In this document: positions 8,920 through 19,079 of the stretch, one piece after another | Numbering within the stretch: position 1 is the stretch's first letter | How the letters are laid out: each line of letters opens with the position of its first letter | IMG/VR virus record: IMGVR_UViG_3300043432_000110 | Coordinates: 1 to 58,991 of that record | Source: a virus | Taxonomy: Duplodnaviria; Caudoviricetes | DNA length: 58,991 nucleotides | Strand: one strand, 5' to 3' | Notes under the pieces: generated by a model | The model's input: the letters and a program-made list of their open reading frames with translations, nothing else | The model's database searches: none | What the model was told of the DNA's origin: nothing | Position numbers and translations under genes: made by a program

Positions 8920-11900
8920 AAAGACTGCTCGCAATTCTGTTTCTGCTATCGTTCGCCGGCTGCGTGCTGGCGGACGATTCAGCGCATGTGGTCGTCAACC
9001 TCAAGGACTTTCGGCAGGTGGCCTACTCCCGGCAGCCGGTCACGCTGACTCCGATGCAGCCGGTGGCGCGGACCTATGGCACGAACCTGGTCAACCCAAC
9101 TCCGGTGACGCTGACGACTTCGACAAACGGCGTGGCGACGTTCAGCAACACTTGGTGGGGCTACTACAAGCTGACGACGCTGACGGCGGGCTGGAACATC
9201 CTGCTCGGGACGAACCAGAGCGGACTCGTGCAGGCGGCGGCTCTGGTTACAAACGTCGCTGCTTTACCCCCGTCGCCTCAGAGTAATTACTACACCATGT
9301 CGCAGGTGGACGCGATTGTGGGTGCGATCAATGTGGCGGGCGGCTCGGCCACGAACGCGCCGTGGACCGTGCCGGGCGCGAACACCTCGACGCGGACGAA
9401 CGGCTACACTGTGGCGGTGGACGTGACGGGCACGCTGACCAACAACACCACCGGCAAAGCCACCACCGCCGGCACCGCCGACACCGCCAACGCCGTCTCC
9501 GCCAACGTCAGCAACGGCCTGAACAACGCCGCCTCCACCATCGCCCTCGCCGTCGTCAGCACGAATAGCGGCAGCGGATCAACCACCACCAACGCCGCCG
9601 ATCTCACCACCGGCACGCTGGACGATGGCCGGCTTTCGGCCAACGTACTCAAAAAGACCAACGACTTTCTGGAATGGTATCCAGTGTTCACGGAGGCTTT
9701 TGCGGACAACACCTATCCTTGGAGACAAAGCCTGACCTTCAGCCCCACCAATAACTTCTCATATCGGTTGAGCGCGGGATTCAGGCAGATCATCACCGAC
9801 AGCACGAACAATTTCAACGAGTTGTCATCCGGCTACGATTACATCCGCCACGACGGCACTGGAGTCTTGACCAACGGCATCGCGAACAAAGCCGTGGTGA
9901 GCGATCAAGGGCCGGGCAACATCAGCGTGGGCACGGCGTTTGCCGCGACTTCGCAAATTCTCAGCAACGGCAACATCGGCAACCTCTACGGCTTCCACGC
10001 GATTCACCCGACGATCAGCGGCACGGGAAGGTTGACCAACTATTTCGGCTTGCTTGTGGACGCGATGACCGAGCCAGTCGGTGACATCTGGGGACTTTAC
10101 CTTGCGGGCACAAACCGGGCCTACATCGGCGGCGCGTTGCAGGTGTATGACACGGCCGGGATCGGCAGCACTTTCGCCGGCTCGGTTTACGCAACGGAGT
10201 TCACGCAGACTTCTGGTGGTGGTTATGCTTGGTCCCTCGGCCCTCAACTGTTGCGCTTCGACAATGCCGCTCAAGTTTCATGGGGTAACGGAGCAACCTA
10301 TGCGGGCACGCACGACATCGGAATCAAGCGCGGCGCGGCGGGCGTGCTCAAAGTCACCGACGGCTGGACCGGCAGCGGCCTCGGCAGTTTGACGGCCAGC
10401 AATGGAACTTTCGGAAACACGCTCACAGCCAGCATAGTGAACGCGACGAATGCAGCGGGCACCAATACGTTCGCGGGCACAGTGTCAGCCACTCAGTTCA
10501 TCGGGAGCGGCGCGCTATTGACGGACGTGCAGGCGGGCGCTTCAACGAACGTGTTCTACACCATCCCCACGCCCAGCATTTCTGTCACCACCAACACCGG
10601 CAACCTCACATTCGCCCCCTACATAGCCCCCGGCGTCTCTAACGCCTGGCAGGCGGACGCCAGCTCCATCGCCGTGGCCGTCGTCAGCACGAACAGCGGC
10701 GGTACGTCGGGCGCGCTCACGAACAACGAGGCGCGGGCGGTGGTTTTTGGTAACACTGTGACGGGTAACTTGAGGGGAGGCACGAACTACAACGAGGTTG
10801 CGGCGCTGGCGAACTCCTTTCTGTACACCAATACGTTTATTATTGGCGACGGCGGGCGCAACCTGACCACCAATACTCCTTGGCCGGGAGCGGGAAATCT
10901 AGCGGACGAGACGAACGGACTTTACGCGGGGCAAATGAACACATTTGTCGGGCCGGGCGCGGGTTCAGCCATGACTTCGGGCGACGGCAACACTTACTTC
11001 GGCTATAACGCAGGGCGCGATTCCACCGTCGCCGCGCAGAACAGTTTCTTCGGGTGGAACGCAGGATTGGAGAACACTTCAGGATACCACGACACCTACC
11101 TTGGTGTTGGAGCGGGACAGGCCGGCGTCACAAACAAATTCGCCACGATCATCGGCACGGATGCGGGATTGTCGTCCAAGAAACTCTCATGGACTACTGC
11201 CGTTGGTTCGCAGTCCGGTGGTTCTGCTTCAAGCGAAATGTCCGCGCTGCTGGGTTACACTTCCGGAGCGGAAATGATCGGCAGCACTAACAATTTGATG
11301 GGTGTTTATGCCGGCCAGTTCTTGAGCGGCACGCGCAATCAGGGCATGGGTTACGAGGCTTTGGCTCACGGCACGAACGAGGACGCCGTGGCCATCGGTT
11401 TCCGCGCCGCAAAAACGGCGGTTGGCTCGAACATTGTGGCCATTGGAAACTCAACTCTGGCTGTCAACCTTGGCGACGAGTCCATTGCCATAGGCAAGAA
11501 CGCGCTAAGTTCAGCAACGCATTCCGCTCACGACGTTGCAATCGGTTCTCGCGTGATGCAGTCCGCTACCACTTCATCCAGCTACAACGTGGGCGTAGGT
11601 GATTCGGCTCTCGTTAATTTCACCGGGGCTGGCACTGACAATGTTGGCATTGGACGCGAGGCGCTGGCAGGCATGGTTTCCGGCTCGCAGTCGGTGGCGG
11701 TCGGCTCTTACGCCGCTCACGCGACCACCGGAAACAGCCTCGCAACCTCAGTTGGCCATCAATCACTGTTCTACTCAACCGGCATCGGCAACACGGCGCT
11801 AGGCTGGCAGGCTGGCGTGGGCCTGAACGGAGCGGGGACTTACAACACCTTCCTCGGCTACGGCGCGACCGCGCAGAACGGGAGCGTGGACAACTCCACG

Positions 11901-13313
11901 GCCATCGGCAACGGCGCGACTGTCACCAATGATAATGAGATTGTCCTTGGAAACGCCTCAGTCTTGGGAACCCACCTGCGGGGGTTGGTCATGGGAAACA
12001 GCAACGCGACATTCTCCGGCACAATCTCCGGGGACGCGCTCAACATTGGACTTGGCACTTTGAACGCCGGGCAGGGCAATTTCAACGGGCTTTACGCGGA
12101 CGGTTTACTGGAGGCGAACAACGGAATCCAGATCAGCGGCGGAGGGTTGAGCGGCAAGATTGAATCCGGCGCAGCCACGAATGCAGCCGGATCCCGAGTG
12201 GCTTACCTGTCTGACGTGGCGGGCGGCAGCGCAACGAACGCCTACGCAACCATTCCTGGCCAGAATACGACCATCACCACCAATGACACGGACAAGACTT
12301 ATTCGGTTCACATCACCGGCACGCTCACCAACACCGTCGTCAACGCGATCAGCAACCAGCTCGGTACGTTGAACGTCGCCGGCAATCTCTCAGCATCGAG
12401 CCTGAGCGTGACCGGCAACACCAGCGTCGGAACAATCACCGCGCCGCATATCGCCGGCCTGGCAGACGGCATTACCAACGCCAACGGCGGCGCGCTGGCT
12501 GACGTGATTCTGCTCGCCGCGAAACAGACGACCAACGCGGCGCTAAACGCGGCGATCAACCTCACCAGCAATTGGTGGATCGGTAAATTCACCGGCCTCG
12601 GCAGCGGCTTGTCGAACGTGACCGCGATAGCGATGGCCGGCGACGCGACTTCTATTCAGGAAACCGGCGACGACCTCGTGTTCAGCACGTCCGACACGTT
12701 CCAGTTCACCGGCGGAAATGTGTTTGGCGGCAGTTTCATCGGGAGCTTTGTTGGCAACGGTGGCGATCTGACCAACCTCAACCCGGCCAACATCACAAGC
12801 GGCACGTTTGCCGGGAGCAACAATTTCACAGGCACAGTGAACCTCAACTCCGGGCTTCGCACGACCAACAACCCTGGAAACGCTGGGCAGATTCTATACT
12901 CCGGTGGGGCGAGCGCAGTCCCGTATTGGGCCGCTGCTCCCACGGGCGGTGGTGGTGGTGGTGGAATTTCCAACACCATCCCGGTGACGTTGGCCTTCAC
13001 CGCTGACCTTACCAATGTCTTTTTGGATACTAGCGCTTTCACGGACGGAAGTTTGACCGCAACCAACCACTTCATTCTGAATCTCACGAATGCTTCGCCG
13101 GCAGGGTTCGCACTTGGAGCGATGCGGTATGTGTGGATTGCGCGGGACGGTAACGGACTCTGGCAGGGTTACATCACCAACACGGCGCTCATGTCCATCG
13201 GTCAGGATATAACAGGAATCACCATCGGACCGTCGGTTAGCTCCGGCTGTTGGCTTGCGTTCAAGTGGAACGGCACGAAGTGGGGTCTGGTCGGCAATTC
13301 ATCGGGCTTCTGA
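8916..13313 (+). CDS. Large fibre/adhesin with signal peptide and beta-roll-like repeats
   Basis: MKRLLAILFLLSFAGCVLA| leader; many NTxxGxxAG/AVAIGxxA repeats; internal duplicated linkers. Confidence 0.75.
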   Translation: MKRLLAILFLLSFAGCVLADDSAHVVVNLKDFRQVAYSRQPVTLTPMQPVARTYGTNLVNPTPVTLTTSTNGVATFSNTWWGYYKLTTLTAGWNILLGTNQSGLVQAAALVTNVAALPPSPQSNYYTMSQVDAIVGAINVAGGSATNAPWTVPGANTSTRTNGYTVAVDVTGTLTNNTTGKATTAGTADTANAVSANVSNGLNNAASTIALAVVSTNSGSGSTTTNAADLTTGTLDDGRLSANVLKKTNDFLEWYPVFTEAFADNTYPWRQSLTFSPTNNFSYRLSAGFRQIITDSTNNFNELSSGYDYIRHDGTGVLTNGIANKAVVSDQGPGNISVGTAFAATSQILSNGNIGNLYGFHAIHPTISGTGRLTNYFGLLVDAMTEPVGDIWGLYLAGTNRAYIGGALQVYDTAGIGSTFAGSVYATEFTQTSGGGYAWSLGPQLLRFDNAAQVSWGNGATYAGTHDIGIKRGAAGVLKVTDGWTGSGLGSLTASNGTFGNTLTASIVNATNAAGTNTFAGTVSATQFIGSGALLTDVQAGASTNVFYTIPTPSISVTTNTGNLTFAPYIAPGVSNAWQADASSIAVAVVSTNSGGTSGALTNNEARAVVFGNTVTGNLRGGTNYNEVAALANSFLYTNTFIIGDGGRNLTTNTPWPGAGNLADETNGLYAGQMNTFVGPGAGSAMTSGDGNTYFGYNAGRDSTVAAQNSFFGWNAGLENTSGYHDTYLGVGAGQAGVTNKFATIIGTDAGLSSKKLSWTTAVGSQSGGSASSEMSALLGYTSGAEMIGSTNNLMGVYAGQFLSGTRNQGMGYEALAHGTNEDAVAIGFRAAKTAVGSNIVAIGNSTLAVNLGDESIAIGKNALSSATHSAHDVAIGSRVMQSATTSSSYNVGVGDSALVNFTGAGTDNVGIGREALAGMVSGSQSVAVGSYAAHATTGNSLATSVGHQSLFYSTGIGNTALGWQAGVGLNGAGTYNTFLGYGATAQNGSVDNSTAIGNGATVTNDNEIVLGNASVLGTHLRGLVMGNSNATFSGTISGDALNIGLGTLNAGQGNFNGLYADGLLEANNGIQISGGGLSGKIESGAATNAAGSRVAYLSDVAGGSATNAYATIPGQNTTITTNDTDKTYSVHITGTLTNTVVNAISNQLGTLNVAGNLSASSLSVTGNTSVGTITAPHIAGLADGITNANGGALADVILLAAKQTTNAALNAAINLTSNWWIGKFTGLGSGLSNVTAIAMAGDATSIQETGDDLVFSTSDTFQFTGGNVFGGSFIGSFVGNGGDLTNLNPANITSGTFAGSNNFTGTVNLNSGLRTTNNPGNAGQILYSGGASAVPYWAAAPTGGGGGGGISNTIPVTLAFTADLTNVFLDTSAFTDGSLTATNHFILNLTNASPAGFALGAMRYVWIARDGNGLWQGYITNTALMSIGQDITGITIGPSVSSGCWLAFKWNGTKWGLVGNSSGF

Positions 13314-13316
13314 CGT

Positions 13317-15575
13317 ATGCGCTACGCTCTCGCCTTCCTCCTTCTCACCGCTCGGCTCTGGGCCGCGCCGGGGGACTACCTCGGCGCACAGATCAATGCG
13401 GAAGGTTGGCGGCTCTGGATTGACTTCGAGAGCATGCCAGGAACGAACGGCACGTTTTCGTTTGGACTGGGCACAAACGGCAGCCTCACAGGTCTGGAAA
13501 AATGCGTCCTCACGCTGACCGGCCCCGGCCCGAACAGCGCGGGAAACTACGAGCCCGTCACGCGACAGCTTTGTGGCACGTTCCCCATCTACCTGCCATA
13601 CCCCGGAAACGCATTTCCCGACATTGCCGTGAACGGAACAACCACCACCGTTAAGATCGCGCTGGAGGATTACGTTTATTCGAGCGAAACGAACATCACC
13701 ATCACACTGAAGAGTGGGCTTTACACCAGCAACATCGTCAGCGGCGCGTGCGTGAACATGCCGGTGACAAACAGCTCGGGTTATGCAGCACCGCAGCCCG
13801 TGGCCGTCTGGCTCTCCAAACCGTTCAACTTGATTTCCGCGAACACCATGAAGCTTCGGGCGATGGCTTTTGACCGAGACGGCTGCGACGGGAAGCCTGT
13901 CGGACTCATGCGGTTTGTGGTTCGCGACCAGCACAACATCGGCACAACCAATTTCGTTACCCGCATGAATCGTTGGGTTTTGCCCCTGACCGGCCTGACG
14001 ATTTCCACCTACGAAGCGGATATGGACCTTTCCGGGATGACTCAGGGGGACGATCTGCGCTGCGATTACACCGCATATTCTCTCTACGGCACAGCCACGC
14101 TCGACACGATGGACGGAGTTAACCTCGTCGGGCCGTACTACGCGCCGATCACCAACGTCTGCGACCGCCTCGGCACATACGGACGGGCCTATGCCGCGAT
14201 TTCCACGGCAGGTTCGGACGCAAGCGGAGTCGTTTCCAGCAACACGGTGACAACGTGGGTTTCTCCGTTCCTGAACATGAACACCGCGTTCAACGCGATT
14301 GTGAAGTCGAATGTAATTTGGCACGGCGCGAGCCGCAGCAACCACGCGAACTCCACTTTGTATCTCGCCTCGGACATTAGCTACATGGGGAACGGGAACA
14401 ACACTGCTGTCGGAACACCCTACCCGACCGTTGCAATGCGGATTGCAAACTATCCGACCAACGCACAGTGGGCTTTCGGGATTACGAACGGCGGTGGCGG
14501 TGAGGATCGGCATTGCAAACGGCTTGTGTGCGACGGCATCAATATCGCCAGCGTCAGCGCAACTCTCGGCCTCTATAGTTCATGGGACTACTTGTTCCTC
14601 ACGAACTGTTTGATCTCGCATCGCCCTGCGCTCGTCAATCAGACCTGCACGAATTTGTACATGCAATCGTGCCTGATTTCCAACGTCGCCAGCGCGAGTT
14701 TCCTGGCCGCAGCCGACGTGTGCCCGACGCTGCTACTGGACATCTTGGACATCACCACGAACGGCTACGTGTCCAAGCCTCACAATCTGGTGGGCTACGC
14801 CCGCACAAACGCCATGACCGCGAACGCAGCCGGACAGATGATTCATTGGGAAGTGCCCTCCACGCGCACCCCGATGTTCAACCGTGGGATTTGCGCGTTT
14901 AACGATTTCCGGGGCTGGCGCGGTACGGCGGCGCCCATCAACATTTTCGACAACGCGACCTGCACGAACGGCTATGCGTTTGTGGGAAATCTCTGCGAGA
15001 TGTTCGCAGGCAACATCAATCTCGCGGGGGTCCACGCAAGCTCCACGTTTGACGCGACCAACGGCGTCATCTGGGGGAACACTTTTGTCGGGAACAGAGT
15101 CCTGATGGATTACAACTGGAACGGGAGCGCGGCGAAATACCGGGTGCTTATGACCCGCAAGAACAATTTCTACGATTGGGTATCCATCAAATCAGACACC
15201 ACCGCGCCCTACGTGGCCGCACAAACGGGGAATTGGGCGGTGGTGTATGGAGTGGGGAGGAAGGGAGAAATCAACGCCGGCACTACGAACCGCTACAACA
15301 CGCCCGTCGCGCATTCAGTAAGATTCGGGGGAATTGGCAGCATCGAAGTTTACTCACTCGCGACGAACTGGTTTCAGTTTTCGGCGCCCAAGTCGCTGAG
15401 CGCTTCGGACGGCGTGGGGATGGGTGACTACCGGGTTTTGTCCTCGTCTCCCGCGCTGAGAAACGGAGTGCAAACCGAATATATCGTGCCCTGGAGCATC
15501 ACCGGAAATGCTTTGGGAGCATTGGGGTCGGGTGGCGGTGTCGGCGCAGCAAGTCCAAGGAAAGGATTCTTTTGA
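13317..15575 (+). CDS. Signal-peptide-bearing beta-helix-like protein (possible receptor-binding protein/depolymerase)
   Basis: MRYALAFLLLTARLWA| leader; Asn-rich beta-helix-like C half; DYRVLSSSPAL motif. Confidence 0.55.
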   Translation: MRYALAFLLLTARLWAAPGDYLGAQINAEGWRLWIDFESMPGTNGTFSFGLGTNGSLTGLEKCVLTLTGPGPNSAGNYEPVTRQLCGTFPIYLPYPGNAFPDIAVNGTTTTVKIALEDYVYSSETNITITLKSGLYTSNIVSGACVNMPVTNSSGYAAPQPVAVWLSKPFNLISANTMKLRAMAFDRDGCDGKPVGLMRFVVRDQHNIGTTNFVTRMNRWVLPLTGLTISTYEADMDLSGMTQGDDLRCDYTAYSLYGTATLDTMDGVNLVGPYYAPITNVCDRLGTYGRAYAAISTAGSDASGVVSSNTVTTWVSPFLNMNTAFNAIVKSNVIWHGASRSNHANSTLYLASDISYMGNGNNTAVGTPYPTVAMRIANYPTNAQWAFGITNGGGGEDRHCKRLVCDGINIASVSATLGLYSSWDYLFLTNCLISHRPALVNQTCTNLYMQSCLISNVASASFLAAADVCPTLLLDILDITTNGYVSKPHNLVGYARTNAMTANAAGQMIHWEVPSTRTPMFNRGICAFNDFRGWRGTAAPINIFDNATCTNGYAFVGNLCEMFAGNINLAGVHASSTFDATNGVIWGNTFVGNRVLMDYNWNGSAAKYRVLMTRKNNFYDWVSIKSDTTAPYVAAQTGNWAVVYGVGRKGEINAGTTNRYNTPVAHSVRFGGIGSIEVYSLATNWFQFSAPKSLSASDGVGMGDYRVLSSSPALRNGVQTEYIVPWSITGNALGALGSGGGVGAASPRKGFF

Positions 15576-15973
15576 AGATCGTCGCCGCACTTCTCATGTC
15601 CGTTGTCGCCTGCTTCAGCCAGAGCGTACCCCTGCAATGGGACGCCTCACCAGATGCAGCGACGATGCTGCTCAACTACCGGCTCTACGCGCACACGAAC
15701 GGGCTGGACTACACCACGCGCACAAACGCGCTGGTGAGAGTCGGGGTTGGAACGAACCTGACCGCTCAGCTCGATCTTCTCAAGCCGGGCGTGTGGACCT
15801 TCGCGGCCTCCGCAATCACCACCAACGGAATCGAGAGCGGCTTCAGCAACTTTGTGGTGGTAGAGGTCGCTCGCGCACCGGGCAACATGCGGACGGTGAT
15901 CGTGCAGCAAACAACGAACCTCACGGAGGGGGTCTGGCACGATGTGGGATTTCTGAGGTTGAAGATACCATGA
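15572..15973 (+). CDS. Secreted Fn3-like protein
   Basis: Signal peptide; LQWDASPD...NYRLY...GIESGFSN; C-terminal TTNL..W...FLRL. Confidence 0.7.
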   Translation: MKIVAALLMSVVACFSQSVPLQWDASPDAATMLLNYRLYAHTNGLDYTTRTNALVRVGVGTNLTAQLDLLKPGVWTFAASAITTNGIESGFSNFVVVEVARAPGNMRTVIVQQTTNLTEGVWHDVGFLRLKIP

Positions 15974-16311
15974 CAGAAGGGAACACAATGACTAGTATAA
16001 TGAAATTCTGGGACATCGGATGGAAGATTCTGTTGGTTGTAGGGGTCGGGCTCAACCTCTACCTAACGCAGAACTTCGTGACCAAGAGGGAGTATGTTGC
16101 AGATATGACCCAAAACGCTAAGGATCACCTGACCATTCAAACCAGCATCGCTGACATTGCCACCACGTTGAAGATCATGGCAGCGGCACAGGCTCGACTT
16201 GAAGATCACGAAGCGAGAATCCGGCTGGTTGAAACAAGGCAGATTGATGTCTTGAGCCGATTGCTAACTGTCGAGAGAAACCAAGACAAGATAATGAGCA
16301 GAATACCATGA
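15970..16311 (+). CDS. Membrane-anchored coiled-coil protein (holin/antiholin-like)
   Basis: One TM segment then LEDHEARIRLVE coiled coil. Confidence 0.5.
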   Translation: MTEGNTMTSIMKFWDIGWKILLVVGVGLNLYLTQNFVTKREYVADMTQNAKDHLTIQTSIADIATTLKIMAAAQARLEDHEARIRLVETRQIDVLSRLLTVERNQDKIMSRIP

Positions 16312-16577
16312 AACTCGAAACGACGATCATTCTGACGAAAGCAAGTTGTGTGGTGATTGAAGGTTTTGCGTTAGGAATCACCGCGGGTCTGGCACAGTGG
16401 GCGACGGGCGGAGAACGACCAACCGACATTGCGTGGATTGTGATTATTGCGAGCGCGTTCCTTAACGCCGCCTCGAAGCTCGGCTCATTCCTCAGTAGTT
16501 CCTTTTCCAACTACCTGCAAAAGCAGAACGGCAACAAGCCGGACGCCGGACTGACCAAGCCAGAAACGCGCCTGTGA
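16308..16577 (+). CDS. Putative holin
   Basis: 89 aa, two hydrophobic segments, polar C-tail. Confidence 0.5.
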   Translation: MKLETTIILTKASCVVIEGFALGITAGLAQWATGGERPTDIAWIVIIASAFLNAASKLGSFLSSSFSNYLQKQNGNKPDAGLTKPETRL

Positions 16578-16586
16578 ACTTTGGGC

Positions 16587-16615
16587 TTGCTTCCCGAAAC
16601 CGGATTGCTTACGCT
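16587..16615 (+). promoter_or_regulatory. Sigma70-like promoter for epimerase cassette
   Basis: TTGCTT-17 nt-TACGCT, 11 nt before ATG 16627. Confidence 0.55.
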
Positions 16616-16626
16616 TTAGCCGGCGA

Positions 16627-17676
16627 ATGAAAACCAAGCGGCACCTGGTCACGGGCGGTTCGGGTTTTCTCGGCAACCTCATTGCCCGCAGGCTATACGA
16701 ACGCGGCGAGCGGGTGCGCGTCTTCGACACGTGGCACGATGCTACACAGCCTCAAGGAATAGAATTCATCCCCGGCGACGTGCGTGATAGCGAGCGCGTC
16801 GGCGTCGCCATGCGCGGCGTAACCACGGTCCACCATACCGCCGCACTCGTTCCACTGACGAAGGCCGGCAAGGACTTCTGGAGCGTGAACGTCGATGGGT
16901 CGCGAACCGTGGCGCAGACGGCGGTTGACTGCGGCGTTGAGCGGTTCATCCATTTGTCATCCTCGGCGGTTTATGGTGCACCGGAAGCGTGCCCGGTTGA
17001 CGAAGACACCCAGTTCGCGCCGGTGGACGACTACGGCAGGTCCAAGCTGGAGGGTGAGAATGTCGTTCGCGATGAATGCCGGCGCGGCGGAGTTTCACTG
17101 ATTGTAGTTAGGCCGAGAACAATTCTTGGAGCGGGGCGGCTCGGAATCTTCCAAGTGTTGTTCGAGTGGATACGGGAAGGCCGGCGCGTGCCAATAATCG
17201 GCGACGGCAACCAGATGTTCCAGTTCATCCACGCGCACGACCTTGTTGACGCTTACGAGTTGATTATGACTGTGGGAGTTACCGGAAGTTACAACGTCGG
17301 CACAGATCGGTTCGGCACGATGCGGCAGGCGATCCAAGGCGTCATTGACCACGCACAGTCCAAGTCCATAATCGTCAGCCTGCCGGTCGGACCGGCCATC
17401 GTGGCGCTGAAGGTATTGGACCGGCTGCACCTCAGTCCGCTCGCCCCTTGGCACTACCTGACCTCGCACAAGGCGTTCCACTTCGACACCGCGCCGCTGC
17501 GGAGGCTGAGCTGGTCGCCGTGCTACTCCAACGACGAGATGCTGCGCGAGAGCTGGGACTGGTTCGCGGCCAACTGGGAGATCGAACGCGGACGCCGGTG
17601 GCTGGCCGGGGACGCCTCGCCTCACCGCCGCGCCGTGGGCCAGCGGTTGCTCGGGCTGGCGAGGAGGTTCGCGTGA
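16627..17676 (+). CDS. NAD-dependent epimerase/dehydratase (extended SDR)
   Basis: TGGSGFLG Rossmann motif, SSSAVYG, YGRSK catalytic YxxxK. Confidence 0.92.
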   Translation: MKTKRHLVTGGSGFLGNLIARRLYERGERVRVFDTWHDATQPQGIEFIPGDVRDSERVGVAMRGVTTVHHTAALVPLTKAGKDFWSVNVDGSRTVAQTAVDCGVERFIHLSSSAVYGAPEACPVDEDTQFAPVDDYGRSKLEGENVVRDECRRGGVSLIVVRPRTILGAGRLGIFQVLFEWIREGRRVPIIGDGNQMFQFIHAHDLVDAYELIMTVGVTGSYNVGTDRFGTMRQAIQGVIDHAQSKSIIVSLPVGPAIVALKVLDRLHLSPLAPWHYLTSHKAFHFDTAPLRRLSWSPCYSNDEMLRESWDWFAANWEIERGRRWLAGDASPHRRAVGQRLLGLARRFA

Positions 17677-18755
17677 ACCGCGTCCGCACCGCTCTGCTGG
17701 TCGTGCTGCTGACGGTCCTGGAGTTCCACGTCTTGTCGGTGATCCACTTCAACAAGGGCGGCGGGCCGTGGACGACCTCCATAGCGGCGTTCCCCTATGA
17801 ACTGGCCACGGGCACGTTCGACATGCTGCACTGCGCCCAAAGGGTGCTCCTGCCGAAGGTGCTGCTGTTCGTGGTCCGGGCGACGGGCTGGAGCGCGATG
17901 CACGTTTGGCTCGGAGCGGTGTTCGGCATGCTGCTGGCGTCGAACGCGCTGACGCTCTGGCTGCTGGGCCGGCACGCCGCCACCAAGCCGTTCGCGGCGT
18001 TCTACACGTTCGCTCAGGCAGCCGTATTCGTCGCGTTGCAGGAGTTCTACGTGCTTCCCCCCTACGACCTCGTGGACAACCTGACCTGGTTCCTGTTCGC
18101 CTTGGGCGTGTTCGGTAACGCCCGGTGGTGGTGGTTCGCCGTCCTGTTCGTCGTGGAACTGCACAACCGGGAGGTGGCGCTCTACTTCGCGCTGTGGGTG
18201 GCGTTGCAAAATCTCCTGCCGCTCCAGTTCAAGCTCAGGCCACTGCTGACCGGGTGCGCGGCGCTGGCGTGCGTGCCGCTCGGGTTCGCCTACACCGTCT
18301 GGCTGCGGGCCGCGTGCCTGACCGTGCCCGTGCCGCCGAGGGTCGGGCTGGTTTACGGCGAGTGCGTTTCGTGGAAAGGCAACCTCACCGCTTTTCGTGA
18401 ATGCTTTCCGGGGACACCTTGGACAACTATGTGGATGGGTCACACACGCTACGAAATCTGGACTGTGATTGCCGCGCTGGCCCTCACTGCCGTGGCGTTC
18501 ACCTACCTGAAGCGCGGCTGGTTCGCGGCACGGTTCGTCGTTTTCGTCGGGGCGTTCTGGGCGGCGATCCTCTACTCGACCATCGTCATGGAGGTGCGGG
18601 CGTTCTCCGTCCTGACTCCTCTGTTGCTGTTCGCTGTGTTCCTGAGAGGCAGAGATTATGAGCTACGATATCAAGACGGGACTTCTAGTCATACTGCTGG
18701 CGACGGTGGTAGCGGTGGTATTGCATCTTTGCGGGGCATTCCACATTTCAACTGA
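17673..18755 (+). CDS. Polytopic membrane protein, possible GT-C-type glycosyltransferase
   Basis: Many TM segments, PYDLVD and HNREVA loop motifs; coupled to the epimerase. Confidence 0.55.
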   Translation: MNRVRTALLVVLLTVLEFHVLSVIHFNKGGGPWTTSIAAFPYELATGTFDMLHCAQRVLLPKVLLFVVRATGWSAMHVWLGAVFGMLLASNALTLWLLGRHAATKPFAAFYTFAQAAVFVALQEFYVLPPYDLVDNLTWFLFALGVFGNARWWWFAVLFVVELHNREVALYFALWVALQNLLPLQFKLRPLLTGCAALACVPLGFAYTVWLRAACLTVPVPPRVGLVYGECVSWKGNLTAFRECFPGTPWTTMWMGHTRYEIWTVIAALALTAVAFTYLKRGWFAARFVVFVGAFWAAILYSTIVMEVRAFSVLTPLLLFAVFLRGRDYELRYQDGTSSHTAGDGGSGGIASLRGIPHFN

Positions 18756-18786
18756 CAGAAATCAAAACAGAAAGCGAAAGAAATGA
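18658..18786 (+). CDS. Small single-TM protein (42 aa), absent from the ORF track
   Basis: MSYDIKTGLLVILLATVVAVVLHLCGAFHISTDRNQNRKRKK; its stop overlaps ATG 18783. Confidence 0.45.
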   Translation: MSYDIKTGLLVILLATVVAVVLHLCGAFHISTDRNQNRKRKK

Positions 18787-19079
18787 AATCGAAAGTAGCA
18801 GTGGTAGTTATGGCGGCGGCGCTCCTGTGCGCTGGCTGCGCGGTCACAAAGGGCAAGCACGTCACACCCGACGGCAGCCAGACATCGGTCAGTTCAGTCC
18901 GGCTGGCGTGGTTCAGCGACGGCGTGGACTTTGGCGCTCAAGACCCGTCCGGGTTTAAGGCGACGCTGAAGATGAACAAGTCTGGCAGCGACCCGGCGAG
19001 CATTGACGCCATCGGAGCGATCATCCAGAACGCCATCACGGCGGGCGTGGAAGCTGCGCTCAAGGCCAAGACTCCGTGA
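18783..19079 (+). CDS. Lipoprotein (spanin candidate)
   Basis: Lipobox LCAG|C after a hydrophobic leader. Confidence 0.6.
   Translation: MKSKVAVVVMAAALLCAGCAVTKGKHVTPDGSQTSVSSVRLAWFSDGVDFGAQDPSGFKATLKMNKSGSDPASIDAIGAIIQNAITAGVEAALKAKTP

Noticed and set aside
8916-15575. Diversity-generating retroelement acting on fibre genes (many AAC codons)
   Set aside because: No reverse transcriptase gene and no near-identical TR/VR pair differing at adenines was seen
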